A stretch of 64,000 nt of DNA from assembly GCA_029858505.1 (NCBI GenBank), contig JAOUEW010000004.1:131779-195778 (forward strand), given 5' to 3'. This document shows positions 23,667 through 33,977 of this stretch, piece after piece. This stretch comes from Deltaproteobacteria bacterium (GTDB taxonomy: Bacteria; SAR324; JACQKK01). The position numbers and the translations under genes were made by a program. The notes beneath the pieces were generated by a model. It ran no database searches, was not told the DNA's origin, and worked only from the letters and a program-made list of their open reading frames with translations. The stretch's first letter is position 1, and every line of letters starts with the position of its first letter.

Positions 23667-24449
23667 ATGATTAGCTTCAAGGGAAAAAAAGGGCTGGTGG
23701 TGGGCATCGCCAACCAGAAGAGCATTGCCTACGCCGTGGCCAAACGCCTGCACGAGTGCGGCGCCGAAATGGCCTTTACCTACGGCCCCGACCCCAAGGA
23801 GCGGTTTAAGGGCAACGTGCAAGAAGTGGCCGACGAAATGGGCGTGAAGGTGGTGCTGCCCCTGGACGTGCGCGACGACGCCATGAACCAAGCGGTGTTC
23901 GCCGAACTGGACCGCCAGTGGGGCGGCCTCGACTTCTTGGTGCATTCCGTGGCCTTTGCCGACCGGGGCGACCTGGAGAAACCCTTCTCCAGCACCGGGC
24001 GGGAAGGCTGGCGCATGGCCCTGGAAATCTCGGCCTATTCCCTGCTGCCCATGGTGCAGCAGGCGGCCCCGTTGTTTAAGAAGAACGGCGGGGGGTCGGT
24101 GGTCAGCATGTCGTTCATTGGCAGCGTGCTGGCCGTGCCCAACTACAACGTGATGGGGCCGGCCAAAGCCGCCCTAGAGTCTGCCAACCGCTACCTGGCC
24201 CGGGAACTGGGCCCGGACAACATCCGCTGCAACGTGGTGTCGGCTGGGGCCCTGCGCACCCTGTCGTCCTCCGGCATCAAGTCCTTCGGCGACATGCTGA
24301 AGGTGGCGGGCGATCACTCGGCCCTGGGCCGCACCGTGACCCAAGACGAAGTGGCCACGGCCACCACGTTTCTGCTGTCAGATTGGGCCAGCGGCATCAC
24401 CGGCCAAACGATTTACGTGGATTCTGGTTTTAACATCATGGCCAACTGA
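23667..24449 (+). CDS. fabI: Enoyl-[acyl-carrier-protein] reductase (NADH), FabI
   Basis: 260 aa; GKKGLVVGIANQKSIAYAVAK dinucleotide-binding N-terminus, catalytic Y..K context (YNVMGPAKAALE). Confidence 0.9.
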   Translation: MISFKGKKGLVVGIANQKSIAYAVAKRLHECGAEMAFTYGPDPKERFKGNVQEVADEMGVKVVLPLDVRDDAMNQAVFAELDRQWGGLDFLVHSVAFADRGDLEKPFSSTGREGWRMALEISAYSLLPMVQQAAPLFKKNGGGSVVSMSFIGSVLAVPNYNVMGPAKAALESANRYLARELGPDNIRCNVVSAGALRTLSSSGIKSFGDMLKVAGDHSALGRTVTQDEVATATTFLLSDWASGITGQTIYVDSGFNIMAN

Positions 24450-24455
24450 TTCCCC

Positions 24456-24860
24456 ATGGATATTACCGATCCCTCCTACGCCGAAGGCCGCGTCTATGAT
24501 TTTCAGGGGGAGGACAAAATCGCCTCCCACCTGCTGCAAACCTTTCCCTACCAGGGAGAGCTTCAAAAGATTACCTACGAGACCAAAGAGTTCTCCGCCG
24601 TCTGCCCGTTTTCCGGCTTGCCCGACATCGCCTATGTTTCCATCGTGTACATTCCCGCCCAAAAAATCGTCGAATTGAAATCGCTGAAATACTATTTCGT
24701 GTCGTACCGCAACGTTGGCATTTATCAAGAACACGCCACCAACCGAATTTACCGGGACCTGAAAAAGGTGCTGGAACCCAAGCGGCTGGTGGTGAAGACC
24801 ATCTACAACACCCGAGGCGGCATTGACGCCGCCTGCGAGATAGACTCGGATCAAACCTGA
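24456..24860 (+). CDS. queF: NADPH-dependent 7-cyano-7-deazaguanine (preQ0) reductase, type I QueF
   Basis: 134 aa; catalytic Cys in EFSAVCPFSGLPD and the QueF motif ELKSLKYYF. Confidence 0.85.
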   Translation: MDITDPSYAEGRVYDFQGEDKIASHLLQTFPYQGELQKITYETKEFSAVCPFSGLPDIAYVSIVYIPAQKIVELKSLKYYFVSYRNVGIYQEHATNRIYRDLKKVLEPKRLVVKTIYNTRGGIDAACEIDSDQT

Positions 24861-24872
24861 ACCGCCAGCCGA

Positions 24873-25703
24873 TCAGGATTTCAGCAGGTCTTGAAACTCC
24901 TTTTCGTCACGGACGGCATCGTAGTCGTGGTCTTCTTTGAGTTCCTTCAGCCGATGTTGTTTGTTGACGGTGATGGCCAGCGACTTTTTGGCCCAGCGAA
25001 TGGCTTCTTTTTTGTTGCCCAGCAAGCTGTTCAGCGCCCCAATGTTATAAGCCCGGGCTTCTTTTTCCATGGGTGCTTTGGTTACGCTTTCCGAGTCAAC
25101 CACGAACATTAACGCCTCTTTGTAATTTTTCTGGGTGTAGGCGCAAATCATCATCATCTGATAGTCATCAAAATCTTTTTTAAAGCCTTTGGCGAGTTTG
25201 GGGGATTGGGGGTAATAGGTTTTTTTAAAGTAAACCAGCGCTTGGCTGTACTCATTTTTGTGGAAATAGAGTTTCCCCAGCAGCTCGTTCAACAGATAAT
25301 ACATGTCAGCCAGGGCTGGAATGGCTTTTTTGGTGTTGCGGTCTGCCGTTCCGTCGGCAATCTGTTTCTCTCCTTGTTCAAAATAATCCATAAATTTGCT
25401 GTACGAGTTTGCCTCGGCGATGGCCTCATCGAGTTTTTTATCGTGGCCCAGCAGGTGGATGTTCAACAAACTCCATTGAAGCTTATGGCTCCCCTTCTTG
25501 TCCTTTAAGACAGCTCTGAGTTCTTCAAATTGGTTTGTTTCAAAAAGATGGATGGCGTGGAGCATCTCATCGGATTCTTGTTGATCCGATAAGAGAACCA
25601 AAATATCGGGGTCGATGTCGATTCTTTCCTTTTCTGCGTGAACTTGGGGAACGCCGAAGATCAGGCCGACCCCCAACACCAGAGCGAGTGCGAGATGTTT
25701 CAT
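24873..25703 (-). CDS. Secreted tetratricopeptide-repeat (TPR) protein
   Basis: Signal peptide MKHLALALVLGVGLIFGVPQVHA followed by several TPR-like 34-aa repeats (W/Y..A..YF motifs); markedly lower GC than neighbours. The ORF track starts at 25742. Confidence 0.6.
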   Translation of the reverse strand: MKHLALALVLGVGLIFGVPQVHAEKERIDIDPDILVLLSDQQESDEMLHAIHLFETNQFEELRAVLKDKKGSHKLQWSLLNIHLLGHDKKLDEAIAEANSYSKFMDYFEQGEKQIADGTADRNTKKAIPALADMYYLLNELLGKLYFHKNEYSQALVYFKKTYYPQSPKLAKGFKKDFDDYQMMMICAYTQKNYKEALMFVVDSESVTKAPMEKEARAYNIGALNSLLGNKKEAIRWAKKSLAITVNKQHRLKELKEDHDYDAVRDEKEFQDLLKS

Positions 25704-25874
25704 GGGATTCCAGGATTCGGGTTGAAGATAGAAAGAGAGCAAAAAGCCCTCTTCCGCTCGCGGGAAAAATCAAATAGGCTATTTTTTCAACCAACGGGAT
25801 GGGAAGAACGCGGAATGACCCCCACTTCCCCCCAGATGTCGTGAAATTAACACAGTCTTTTTCGAAAAAAAACC

Positions 25875-26612
25875 ATGACCATTCGGGTATTGGTGAACGG
25901 CGCCAAGGGGCGCATGGGAAGCGAAGCGGTGAAAGCCGTGGAGGCCGACCCCGAACTGACCCTGGCCGGTGCCGCCGACCAGGGAGACGACCTGCCCAGG
26001 GCCATTGCCCAGGCCCAGGCCCAGGTGGTGGTGGATTTCACCACCCCCCAGGCGGCCTTCCCCAACGCCCAGGCCATTGTGCTGGCCGGGGCTAGGCCGG
26101 TGATTGGCACCACGGGCTTTAGCGAGGCGGAGATTGCCCGGCTGGAAGCCATGACGGCGGAGCGGGGGCTGGGGGGGGTGATTGCCCCCAACTTTGCCAT
26201 TGGGGCTGTGCTGATGATGCGCTTTGCCGCCGAGGCCGCCCGCCACCTGCCCCACGTGGAGATCATCGAGATTCACCACGACCACAAGGCCGATGCCCCC
26301 AGCGGCACGGCGGTGAAAACCGCCCAGCTCATTTCTCAAGCCAGGGGCCGGGCCCCCGCCCCCAAGGTGAACGAAACCGAGCTGAACCCCGGCGCCCGGG
26401 GCACCAAAGACACGGGGGTGCCCATTCACTCGGTGCGGCTGCCGGGCCATGTGGCCCACCAAATGGTGGTGTTCGGGGGAACGGGGGAGTCTCTCACCCT
26501 GCGCCACGACACCATTCACCGGGAGTGCTTTATGCCCGGCGTGGTGCTGGCCTGCAAAAAAGTGATGACCCTGGACCGGCTGGTGTATGGGCTGGAACGG
26601 CTGCTGTTTTGA
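25875..26612 (+). CDS. dapB: 4-hydroxy-tetrahydrodipicolinate reductase
   Basis: 245 aa; NAD(P)-binding VLVNGAKGRMG, catalytic block EIIEIHHDHKADAPSGTA. Confidence 0.9.
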   Translation: MTIRVLVNGAKGRMGSEAVKAVEADPELTLAGAADQGDDLPRAIAQAQAQVVVDFTTPQAAFPNAQAIVLAGARPVIGTTGFSEAEIARLEAMTAERGLGGVIAPNFAIGAVLMMRFAAEAARHLPHVEIIEIHHDHKADAPSGTAVKTAQLISQARGRAPAPKVNETELNPGARGTKDTGVPIHSVRLPGHVAHQMVVFGGTGESLTLRHDTIHRECFMPGVVLACKKVMTLDRLVYGLERLLF

Positions 26613-26664
26613 GAGAGGGAGAGAACCCGCAGGTTAGGCTTACAATACAACTTCCTGCTCATGC

Positions 26665-27111
26665 CTAGCGACCCCGTGACTTTGGGGATTTGCGCTGGAT
26701 ATTTTCTGCCACCGCCGCAAGGATCAAATCCTGAAAGGCCTTGGTGTTGATGGCTTCACCCTCCCGGATGTCGATGGCCCGGCGCGTGTTCCCCTCAAGG
26801 CTGGCATTGAAGAGCCCCTGGGGGTCCGCCAAGGAAGCACCCCGGCTGAAGGTGAGCTTGACCACCTGTTTGTAGACCTCTCCGGTGCAGACGATCCCCG
26901 CGTGGGACCATACGGGTACCCCCAGCGGGTTGCCGGGTTTGACCCATTTGCACTCCTCTACGATGTCTGGGTCCGCCTCATGGATGAGGAGGCGGACCCG
27001 CGCCAGGGTTTCGCCGCGCCAGCCGCCCAGAGACCGGATCCGCTCGTCAATTTGGTGCGAAGGCGCCATGGCGGCAGTCTTTGGGCTATTATTTTTGGAT
27101 TTGGGTGCCAC
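26665..27111 (-). CDS. DUF1801-type (YdhG/YdeI-like) small protein
   Basis: 148 aa; overall pattern resembles DUF1801 family proteins (from memory); start may be the internal Met (MAPSHQ) at 27069. Confidence 0.45.
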   Translation of the reverse strand: MAPKSKNNSPKTAAMAPSHQIDERIRSLGGWRGETLARVRLLIHEADPDIVEECKWVKPGNPLGVPVWSHAGIVCTGEVYKQVVKLTFSRGASLADPQGLFNASLEGNTRRAIDIREGEAINTKAFQDLILAAVAENIQRKSPKSRGR

Positions 27112-27167
27112 GGTTTGTTCTCCAATTTGAATACCCCATTATATTTTACGCCTTTTCCTCTTGAAGT

Positions 27168-28268
27168 TTACCCTCCCATCTCCTCCAGGGTTGCGATCAA
27201 CCCCCCTGTTTTCTCAAGCCACACGTCTGGCGGGGCTTCCACCCGCAGGGGCTTTCCGGTGAAGGGGTGAATGAATTCCAGCGATTGACAGTGGAGGGCT
27301 TGGCGGGGCAGCAGCAACTGGGCTTGCAGCCGGGAGAAGTCGCGGTGTTCCAGCCAGTCTAAAAACACGCCGGGGTCCGGGTGGTATTTTTTATCCCCCA
27401 CGATGGGGTGCCCCAGGTGGGCCAAGTGAGCGCGCAATTGGTTGGTGCGGCCAGTCACGGGCTCCAGCTCCAGCTCGGTGAAGGCGCCGCCCGCGGAACG
27501 CACCACCCGCCTGCCATGGATGCGGGTGTGGGATGCCCCGGCGGTACCAGCGCCTGGGGCACGGGGAGCGTTGGGGGCACGGGCGCCCGGAAGTACTTCC
27601 GTGGGTCTATCTATTCGTTTTTCTGTGATCTCTTTTTTAGGCTCGGTCACCCGGCGGCGGGTGTGAATGGGCGAATGGGGATCGTCTTCCAGCACGCCGT
27701 GGATGTCTTGAACCCCCCCGGGGAATTCTCCGTGCACCAGGGCCCGATAGCGCTTGGCCAGGGTCTTGGCGGTGAACAACTCCTGAAACCGAGAGATGTG
27801 TTTTTTTTGCCGGGCGAACAGCAGGGGGCCGCTGGTTTCCAGGTCCAGCCGGTGAACGGGGGTCAGCTCTGGCTCGGCCAGGGCCTCTCGGGCCCACACC
27901 GCCAGGGCGGAAAAGTAATAGGCCCCGCTGGGGCTCACCGGCACGTTGTCCGGCTTCAGCAGCACTCGCAGCCAGTCGTCTTGGTGCAGCACCTGGGGGG
28001 CCGGGGGCGGGGCTCCGATAAACGGGGGTTCCTCCCGCCGCAAATGCAGGTAGTCTACCCGGTCGCCGGGTCGGGCCAGGGTGCCCAGGTCCACCGGCTG
28101 CCCGTTCAACCGCACCCGCTGGGGGTAAAACGTGTCGGCCCATTCGGCGGGGCGGCCCCAGCGGTAGCGCTCTCGCAGATAGGGCCCCAGGGGCACGGGC
28201 TCTCCCTGGTAAATAAAGTGAAACACGTGGGCCTGGGGGCTGTTTTCAAAGGGGGGCAGGGCATTCAT
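27168..28268 (-). CDS. RluA-family pseudouridine synthase with an unusual internal insertion
   Basis: 366 aa; catalytic motif HRLDLETSGPLLFA and C-terminal GRTNQLRAHLAHLGHPIVGDKKY; ~45-aa Lys/Pro/Ala-rich insert (TRRRVTEPKKEITEKRIDRPTEV...APGAGTAGAS) encoded in part by a locally AT-rich stretch. Confidence 0.8.
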   Translation of the reverse strand: MNALPPFENSPQAHVFHFIYQGEPVPLGPYLRERYRWGRPAEWADTFYPQRVRLNGQPVDLGTLARPGDRVDYLHLRREEPPFIGAPPPAPQVLHQDDWLRVLLKPDNVPVSPSGAYYFSALAVWAREALAEPELTPVHRLDLETSGPLLFARQKKHISRFQELFTAKTLAKRYRALVHGEFPGGVQDIHGVLEDDPHSPIHTRRRVTEPKKEITEKRIDRPTEVLPGARAPNAPRAPGAGTAGASHTRIHGRRVVRSAGGAFTELELEPVTGRTNQLRAHLAHLGHPIVGDKKYHPDPGVFLDWLEHRDFSRLQAQLLLPRQALHCQSLEFIHPFTGKPLRVEAPPDVWLEKTGGLIATLEEMGG

Positions 28269-28380
28269 GGGGGGCCAGGAAGAAATCGCTTTCCCCGCCG
28301 GATTCGACGCATGGCCGGAGGGATGCCGGGAGACATGAAATCAATCTACCCGGCCCTCACGAAAAACGCACTTTCCTCCT

Positions 28381-29205
28381 TTGGGGGAGAAGGCTACAAT
28401 ACGAAAAATTTCAGATCCACCCCAAGGTCTCTGCCGGATGCCCTTCCAGCCCCCTCCACACAAAGAAATTCAGGCTCCCACCGCGGCCATGGTGGTGATT
28501 GGCAACGAAATACTCTCTGGCAAGGTGGTGGATAAAAACTCACCCCTGCTGGCCAAGTTGTTGCGGGCGGTGGGGGTGGACCTGCGGATGATCGTGACGG
28601 TGCCCGACCACATGGCCGAGATAGGCCGCTGGACGGCCGAATGCGCGGGGCGGTTCGATTGGGTGTTTACCTCTGGCGGGGTGGGCCCCACCCACGATGA
28701 CATCACCTATCAGGCCATCGCCCAGGGGTTTGGGGTTCCGCTGGCGGCCCATCCCAGGGTGATTGATATCTTGAAGGCCCATTATCCAGACCCCCTGTCT
28801 CAGGCCCACCTGCAAATGGCCGAACTGCCCCAGGGGGCCGACGTGGTGGAACTGCCCGGCCAGCGCTTCCCCACCGTGCGCTTTCGCAACGTGTATATTC
28901 TGCCGGGGGTTCCCGAGTTGTTTCAGGACCGCATTCAGGCCATCCAGAAAACCCTCACCGGGGTGCCCCTGGTGTTGAAGCAGGTGTATCTCAACGTTCG
29001 AGAGGTAGACATTGCCCAGCCCCTGCGCCGGGTGGATGAAAACCACCCCGCGGTGGTGATTGGCTCCTACCCCCAAAGCGAGTCTGGCAAGCCCCGGTTG
29101 AAGCTTACCCTGGAAGCCACCCAGGCCGCCCAGGTGCAGGCGGCGCTGGACGATCTGCTGGCCGCGTTTGCCGCCCAGGGCGTTCAGCCGGTGGACGTGG
29201 TTTAA
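28381..29205 (+). CDS. CinA N-terminal / MoaB-MogA-like molybdopterin-binding domain protein
   Basis: Block VVIGNEILSGKVVDKNSPLLAKLL...VFTSGGVGPTHDDITYQAIAQGFG matches the CinA-N/MogA fold; true start may be 28438 or 28492. Confidence 0.7.
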   Translation: MGEKATIRKISDPPQGLCRMPFQPPPHKEIQAPTAAMVVIGNEILSGKVVDKNSPLLAKLLRAVGVDLRMIVTVPDHMAEIGRWTAECAGRFDWVFTSGGVGPTHDDITYQAIAQGFGVPLAAHPRVIDILKAHYPDPLSQAHLQMAELPQGADVVELPGQRFPTVRFRNVYILPGVPELFQDRIQAIQKTLTGVPLVLKQVYLNVREVDIAQPLRRVDENHPAVVIGSYPQSESGKPRLKLTLEATQAAQVQAALDDLLAAFAAQGVQPVDVV

Positions 29206-29214
29206 AAAAAGGGC

Positions 29215-29365
29215 GTGGGAGAGGGACAATACTCGAACCCATCGGCATACTTTTCAACCGTTCGGTTAGTGAAAACTGGACGGAAGCAAATAATTAACCC
29301 ACCGGATTGGAGTTGTTCCCCCCTCCCTGGTTGTGGAGGGGGCGAGGGGGGAATGGTACTGTTGG
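29215..29365 (+). repeat. Dispersed intergenic repeat family B, copy 1
   Basis: Core actcgaacccatcggcatacttttcaaccgttcggttagtgaaaactggacggaagca shared with 35285-35345, 45018-45080, 50945-51010, 51125-51190, followed by a G/C hairpin. Confidence 0.55.
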
Positions 29366-29494
29366 GGTGCCAGGGGATGAGGGGATTGTGCAACCCCTAA
29401 AAAAAGGGCTGGAATAGATGGACAGGAAAACCTCGGTTAGAATACGCTGTTTTTGTTTGCCCCGTGATCTTGATCTCTAACAAGGAACAAAAAA

Positions 29495-30898
29495 ATGGCC
29501 GCCACAGTCAGCACTGTCAGCATGGATCAACTGGTTTCCCTGGCCAAACGCCGGGGGTTTGTGTTTCCGGGTTCGGAGATTTACGGGGGGCTGGCCAACG
29601 CCTGGGACTACGGCCCCATGGGGGTGGAACTGAAGAACAACATTAAGCAGGCGTGGTGGAAGCACTTTGTGCAAGACCGCCCCGACGTGGTGGGGCTGGA
29701 TTCGGCCATTCTGATGAACCCCAAGGTGTGGGAGGCCTCTGGCCACTTGGCGGGGTTCTCCGACCCCCTCACCGACTGCCGGGTGTGCAAGACCCGCCAC
29801 CGGGCCGACAAACTGGTGGAAGACCACATGACCAAAAAGGGGCAAGACCCCTCCCAGGCCGCCGGGTTGGGCGAAGCCGGGCTGATGGCCTACATGACCG
29901 ACCACGGCATGAAGTGCCCCAACTGCGGCAACGCCGACTTCACCCCCATCCGCCAGTTCAACCTGATGTTCAAGACCTTCCAGGGGGTCACCGAAGACAC
30001 CGCCTCGGCCATTTTTCTGCGGCCAGAGACCGCCCAGGGAATTTTCGTCAATTTCAAAAACGTGCAAACCACCAGCCGCCGCCGGGTGCCCTTTGGCATC
30101 GGCCAAATCGGCAAGTCCTTCCGCAACGAGATTACCCCCGGAAACTTTATTTTCCGCACCCGGGAGTTTGAACAGATGGAGCTGGAGTTCTTTTGCCATC
30201 CCGACCAATCGAAAGATTGGTTCGACCACTGGAAGCAATATTGCCTAAACTGGCTGACGGCCCTGGGAATGCGACCGGACAACCTGCGGGTGCGGGACCA
30301 CGACCAAAAGGAATTGTCTCATTACAGTCAGGCCACCAGCGACATCGAATTCCGCTTTCCGTTTGGCTGGGGAGAACTGTGGGGCATTGCCCACCGGGGA
30401 GACTTTGACCTGACCCAACACCAGACCCATTCCAAAAAAGAACTGTTGTATGTGGACCCCGCCACCCAGGAGAAATACCTGCCCCACGTGGTGGAACCGG
30501 CCCTGGGGGTGGACCGCTTGGCCCTGGCCGTGCTGGCCAACGCCTACCGAGAAGAAGACGTGAAGGGCGAAACCCGCACCGTGCTGGGGTTTCATCCGGC
30601 CCTGGCCCCAGTGAAGGTGGCGGTGCTGCCCCTTTCGGCCAAGCTGGAAGAGCCCGCCACCAAACTCTACCAAAGCATCAAGCATTTGTTTCACGCCGAG
30701 TACGACGAGACCGGTTCCATCGGTAAGCGTTACCGACGGCAAGACGAAATAGGCACCCCGTATTGCGTGACCCTCGACTTCGACAGCCTGAATGACCAGG
30801 CCGTGACCGTGCGGGAGCGGGATGCCATGACCCAAGAGCGCGTGCCCATGGAGCGCCTGGGGCAATACCTGACCGACCACCTGGCGGTTGTGAAGTAG
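29495..30898 (+). CDS. glyQS: Glycine--tRNA ligase (alpha2 homodimeric type)
   Basis: 467 aa; class II aaRS motifs, typical alpha2-GlyRS N-terminus [28 protein letters not shown] and Cys cluster C..C..C..C. Confidence 0.92.
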   Translation: MAATVSTVSMDQLVSLAKRRGFVFPGSEIYGGLANAWDYGPMGVELKNNIKQAWWKHFVQDRPDVVGLDSAILMNPKVWEASGHLAGFSDPLTDCRVCKTRHRADKLVEDHMTKKGQDPSQAAGLGEAGLMAYMTDHGMKCPNCGNADFTPIRQFNLMFKTFQGVTEDTASAIFLRPETAQGIFVNFKNVQTTSRRRVPFGIGQIGKSFRNEITPGNFIFRTREFEQMELEFFCHPDQSKDWFDHWKQYCLNWLTALGMRPDNLRVRDHDQKELSHYSQATSDIEFRFPFGWGELWGIAHRGDFDLTQHQTHSKKELLYVDPATQEKYLPHVVEPALGVDRLALAVLANAYREEDVKGETRTVLGFHPALAPVKVAVLPLSAKLEEPATKLYQSIKHLFHAEYDETGSIGKRYRRQDEIGTPYCVTLDFDSLNDQAVTVRERDAMTQERVPMERLGQYLTDHLAVVK

Positions 30899-31101
30899 GT
30901 CTTCCGGCTGCCGAGGAACACGAAGCGCACTTGCGAAGCTGGGAGGTTTCTGCTGGAATATCCTCTCCATGCTCAACACATGGGCCTTGGAAACCTACCG
31001 TGGGGGTCTATCCAGAGAATTTGATGTTTTTGTAAAAACCCGCGGTAGGTATGGGAAGCAAATGATTTTCTGGTATTCAACCTCACACGAACGAATGAAC
31101 C

Positions 31102-31611
31102 ATGAAAAAATATCTTGTTGTGTTTCTTTTTATGATGGCCATTTTGGCGGCGGGAACCTCTAGTGCCCTGGCCAGGGGCTCGGCTTATGCCGATGGCGTG
31201 GGAACCAATGGGGAGAATCGCTTGCGGGGAGATGTTGGGTTTATTTTCCTGGGTATTGGCGGTGATCTGGAATATCAATTCCATCGGAACATTAGCGCTG
31301 GAGGGGGAGTTTACATGGCGAATTATGGTTGGGCCGGATCCTCTCTGACCATCACCGACATTCCCATTTATGGGAAATACTATTTTGATGACCCCAACGG
31401 GTTGTACCTGAAGGGCGGGATTACACTGGTTTCGTTTACCTATAGTTCAGCTCTGGGCCAGAAAGCCCCGCTCGCGTCAGGGGCGTGGCCTTTGCTGGGC
31501 GTCGGGTACCAAATCCCCATGGGAGACGGCTGGTATGTGGATGGGTCCGTTGAATATTGGCCAGTGGGGGCCTTCCTGCCCCTTGTTGGGCGGATCGGCA
31601 AAACGTTTTAA
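31102..31611 (+). CDS. Small outer-membrane beta-barrel protein (OmpW/opacity-like)
   Basis: 169 aa; signal peptide, alternating-hydrophobic beta-strand pattern, C-terminal ...IGKTF. Confidence 0.55.
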   Translation: MKKYLVVFLFMMAILAAGTSSALARGSAYADGVGTNGENRLRGDVGFIFLGIGGDLEYQFHRNISAGGGVYMANYGWAGSSLTITDIPIYGKYYFDDPNGLYLKGGITLVSFTYSSALGQKAPLASGAWPLLGVGYQIPMGDGWYVDGSVEYWPVGAFLPLVGRIGKTF

Positions 31612-31634
31612 GGCCTGAAGGTTGATTGGGAACG

Positions 31635-31675
31635 CACGGGGACAGGCCGCAGGGCTTGTCCCCGTGTTTATTTGG
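31635..31675 (+). terminator. Rho-independent terminator after the OMP gene
   Basis: cacggggacag-gccgcagggc-ttgtccccgtg followed by tttattt. Confidence 0.7.
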
Positions 31676-31868
31676 GTTCTCGAACGTCTCAATACAAGGT
31701 CGATGTTATTCGCCTATTCATTTGATATGTTATGCGATTAATCAATATTCCAAAATAACGCAACAATTGTTTGCTTATTTCCAAACTCCCTCACATCCGT
31801 CGTGATATTCCCCCCTCCCCCACGCTTCCCGTTCTGGTGTATTCTAAGGGTCTGTCTCCTCCCTTTTT

Positions 31869-33914
31869 TTGGCACGGATGCCCATGCAACTGGACCTGTC
31901 TAACTTAAACCCTGAGCAGCACTCTGCCGTGACCACCACGGAAGGGCCGGTGCTCGTGCTGGCGGGGGCTGGCTCGGGGAAGACCCGGGTGATTACCACC
32001 CGGGCGGCATACATCATCGCGGCAGGTTTGGCCAAGGCCGACCAGGTTCTGGCCCTGACGTTTACCAACAAGGCCGCCGGAGAAATGGCCCAACGGGCGG
32101 CAGCCCTGACCCAGGCCAAGACCCGGCCCCTTACCGCTACCTTTCACGCTTTTGGGGTGCGGATGCTGCGGGCCCACATTCAGAAGCTGGGGTTTCACCC
32201 GGATTTTGTGATTTACGATGAACACGACCAGCAGGCCGTGGTAAAAGATTTGGCCGACCACCACCCCCTGGACCCGTTCTTTACCCCCCAAACCGCCCAC
32301 TATGCCATTCAATCGGCCAAAAGCCGGGGCTTGAAGCCGGAAGACCTGCTGCGCAACGAATCCCCCGCCGACCGCACCTTGGGAGAAATCTACCGGCGCT
32401 ACCAAGAGACCCTCAAGGGGATGAACGCGGTGGATTTTGAAGACATATTGTGGCTGCCCCTGGAACTGGCCGAGCGGTTTCCCGAGGAAACCAAACTTTA
32501 CTTTGCCCGCTGGCGGTATGTGATGGTGGACGAGTATCAAGACACCAACACCGTGCAGTACAAGCTGCTGGGGCACCTGGCGGCGGGCCACAGAAACCTG
32601 TGCGTGGTGGGCGACGATGACCAATCAATTTACGGCTGGCGGGGGGCAAGGCCGGAAAACATGGCCCAGTTTTTAACCGACCGGCCCGAAGCCAAGGTCA
32701 TTCGGCTGGAGAGGAACTACCGCTCGACCGAAACCATTTTGACCGCCGCCAACCAGGTGATTGCCCACAACCCCGGTCGCCAGCCCAAGACCCTGCGGGG
32801 GCTGGGCAAGCAGGGAGACCCCCTGGTGTGGATTGAGGGAGAGGAAGAGCGGGATGAGTTGGAACAGGTGGCGGCCCACCTGCGGATCACCCGCATGAAG
32901 ACCGGTGCCCCCCTCAACGATTTCGGCTTGTTGTTCCGCTCTAATCATCAGTCGCGCCTGTTGGAGGAAGTGCTGCGAGAGGAAGGCATTCCCTACCGGC
33001 TGGTGGGGGTGACCAGCTTCTACGAGCGCAAAGAAGTGAAAGACGCCCTGGCCTATCTGCGGCTGCTGCACAACCCGGCCGATGAGGTGAGCTTGTTCCG
33101 GGTGATCAACTTTCCTCGGCGCAACATTGGCAAAACGTCTCAGGTGAAACTGATGGAGTATGCCCGCCACCAGCGCCGACCGGTGATGGACATTCTGCGA
33201 GTGGCCGACCAATACCCTGAGTTTACCGGCCCCCAGGCCCAGTCCATGGTTCATCTGGCCCAGTTGCTGGACCGGTTTCGCTTGCGGTTTCAGTCCGAGC
33301 CCTTGGGCGAGGTCTTTCGGGCGTTTCTGGCCGATTTGAAATTCCACGCGGCGGTAGAGCTGGAAAAAAAGGAGCCCAAGGCCCGTGCCCAGGCCCTGGG
33401 GCTGGTGGCCGAGCTGGAATCGGCCACCGATCACTTTGCCCGGAACAACCCCCAGGCTGCCCTGCGGGACTACCTGGAGCGCATCGCCTTGTACACCCGG
33501 GCCGACCAGGGAGAAGACCCCAGAGATCAGGTGACCCTTCTTACGGTGCATTCAGCCAAGGGTCTGGAGTTCCCCTTTGTGTACCTGGTGGGCATGGCCG
33601 ATGACCAGTTCCCTCACAAGCGGGCCTTGGAAGAAAACGGGGTGGAGGAAGAGCGGCGGTTGGCCTATGTGGCCTTTACCCGCGCCATGAAGCAGCTGGT
33701 GTTTTCCATGGCCAAGGTGCGCCGCCGTTACGGCGAAACCGTCCGCCAGCAACCCTCTCGTTTTTTGCTGGATATTCCGGCCCACCTGTTTCAGGGGGCG
33801 GCGCCCCATGGCGAGGGCGCCGCGCAGCTTTCCAAAGAACAGTTGGAAACGCGCAAGCAAGAAGCCAAAAGCCGATTTTTCGAGCAAATGCGTCGGCTGC
33901 AGCCCCCCAGCTAA
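31869..33914 (+). CDS. uvrD: UvrD/PcrA/Rep-type ATP-dependent DNA helicase (superfamily 1)
   Basis: 681 aa; Walker A AGAGSGKTRVIT, motif II VDEYQDTN, motifs III-VI (e.g. VGDDDQSIYGWRGA, TVHSAKGLEFP, YVAFTRA). Confidence 0.9.
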   Translation: MARMPMQLDLSNLNPEQHSAVTTTEGPVLVLAGAGSGKTRVITTRAAYIIAAGLAKADQVLALTFTNKAAGEMAQRAAALTQAKTRPLTATFHAFGVRMLRAHIQKLGFHPDFVIYDEHDQQAVVKDLADHHPLDPFFTPQTAHYAIQSAKSRGLKPEDLLRNESPADRTLGEIYRRYQETLKGMNAVDFEDILWLPLELAERFPEETKLYFARWRYVMVDEYQDTNTVQYKLLGHLAAGHRNLCVVGDDDQSIYGWRGARPENMAQFLTDRPEAKVIRLERNYRSTETILTAANQVIAHNPGRQPKTLRGLGKQGDPLVWIEGEEERDELEQVAAHLRITRMKTGAPLNDFGLLFRSNHQSRLLEEVLREEGIPYRLVGVTSFYERKEVKDALAYLRLLHNPADEVSLFRVINFPRRNIGKTSQVKLMEYARHQRRPVMDILRVADQYPEFTGPQAQSMVHLAQLLDRFRLRFQSEPLGEVFRAFLADLKFHAAVELEKKEPKARAQALGLVAELESATDHFARNNPQAALRDYLERIALYTRADQGEDPRDQVTLLTVHSAKGLEFPFVYLVGMADDQFPHKRALEENGVEEERRLAYVAFTRAMKQLVFSMAKVRRRYGETVRQQPSRFLLDIPAHLFQGAAPHGEGAAQLSKEQLETRKQEAKSRFFEQMRRLQPPS

Positions 33915-33977
33915 AGGTCCAGGCCCCAGGCGGTATCTTTCGCGCACTTTTCTGGGGTAAAATCAAGGGGGCAGGGT

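Noticed and set aside
27381-28535. 384-aa + strand ORF overlapping rluA antisense
   Set aside because: GC-rich antisense artefact (G/P/A/Q-rich, no motifs) overlapping a gene with clear catalytic motifs on the other strand
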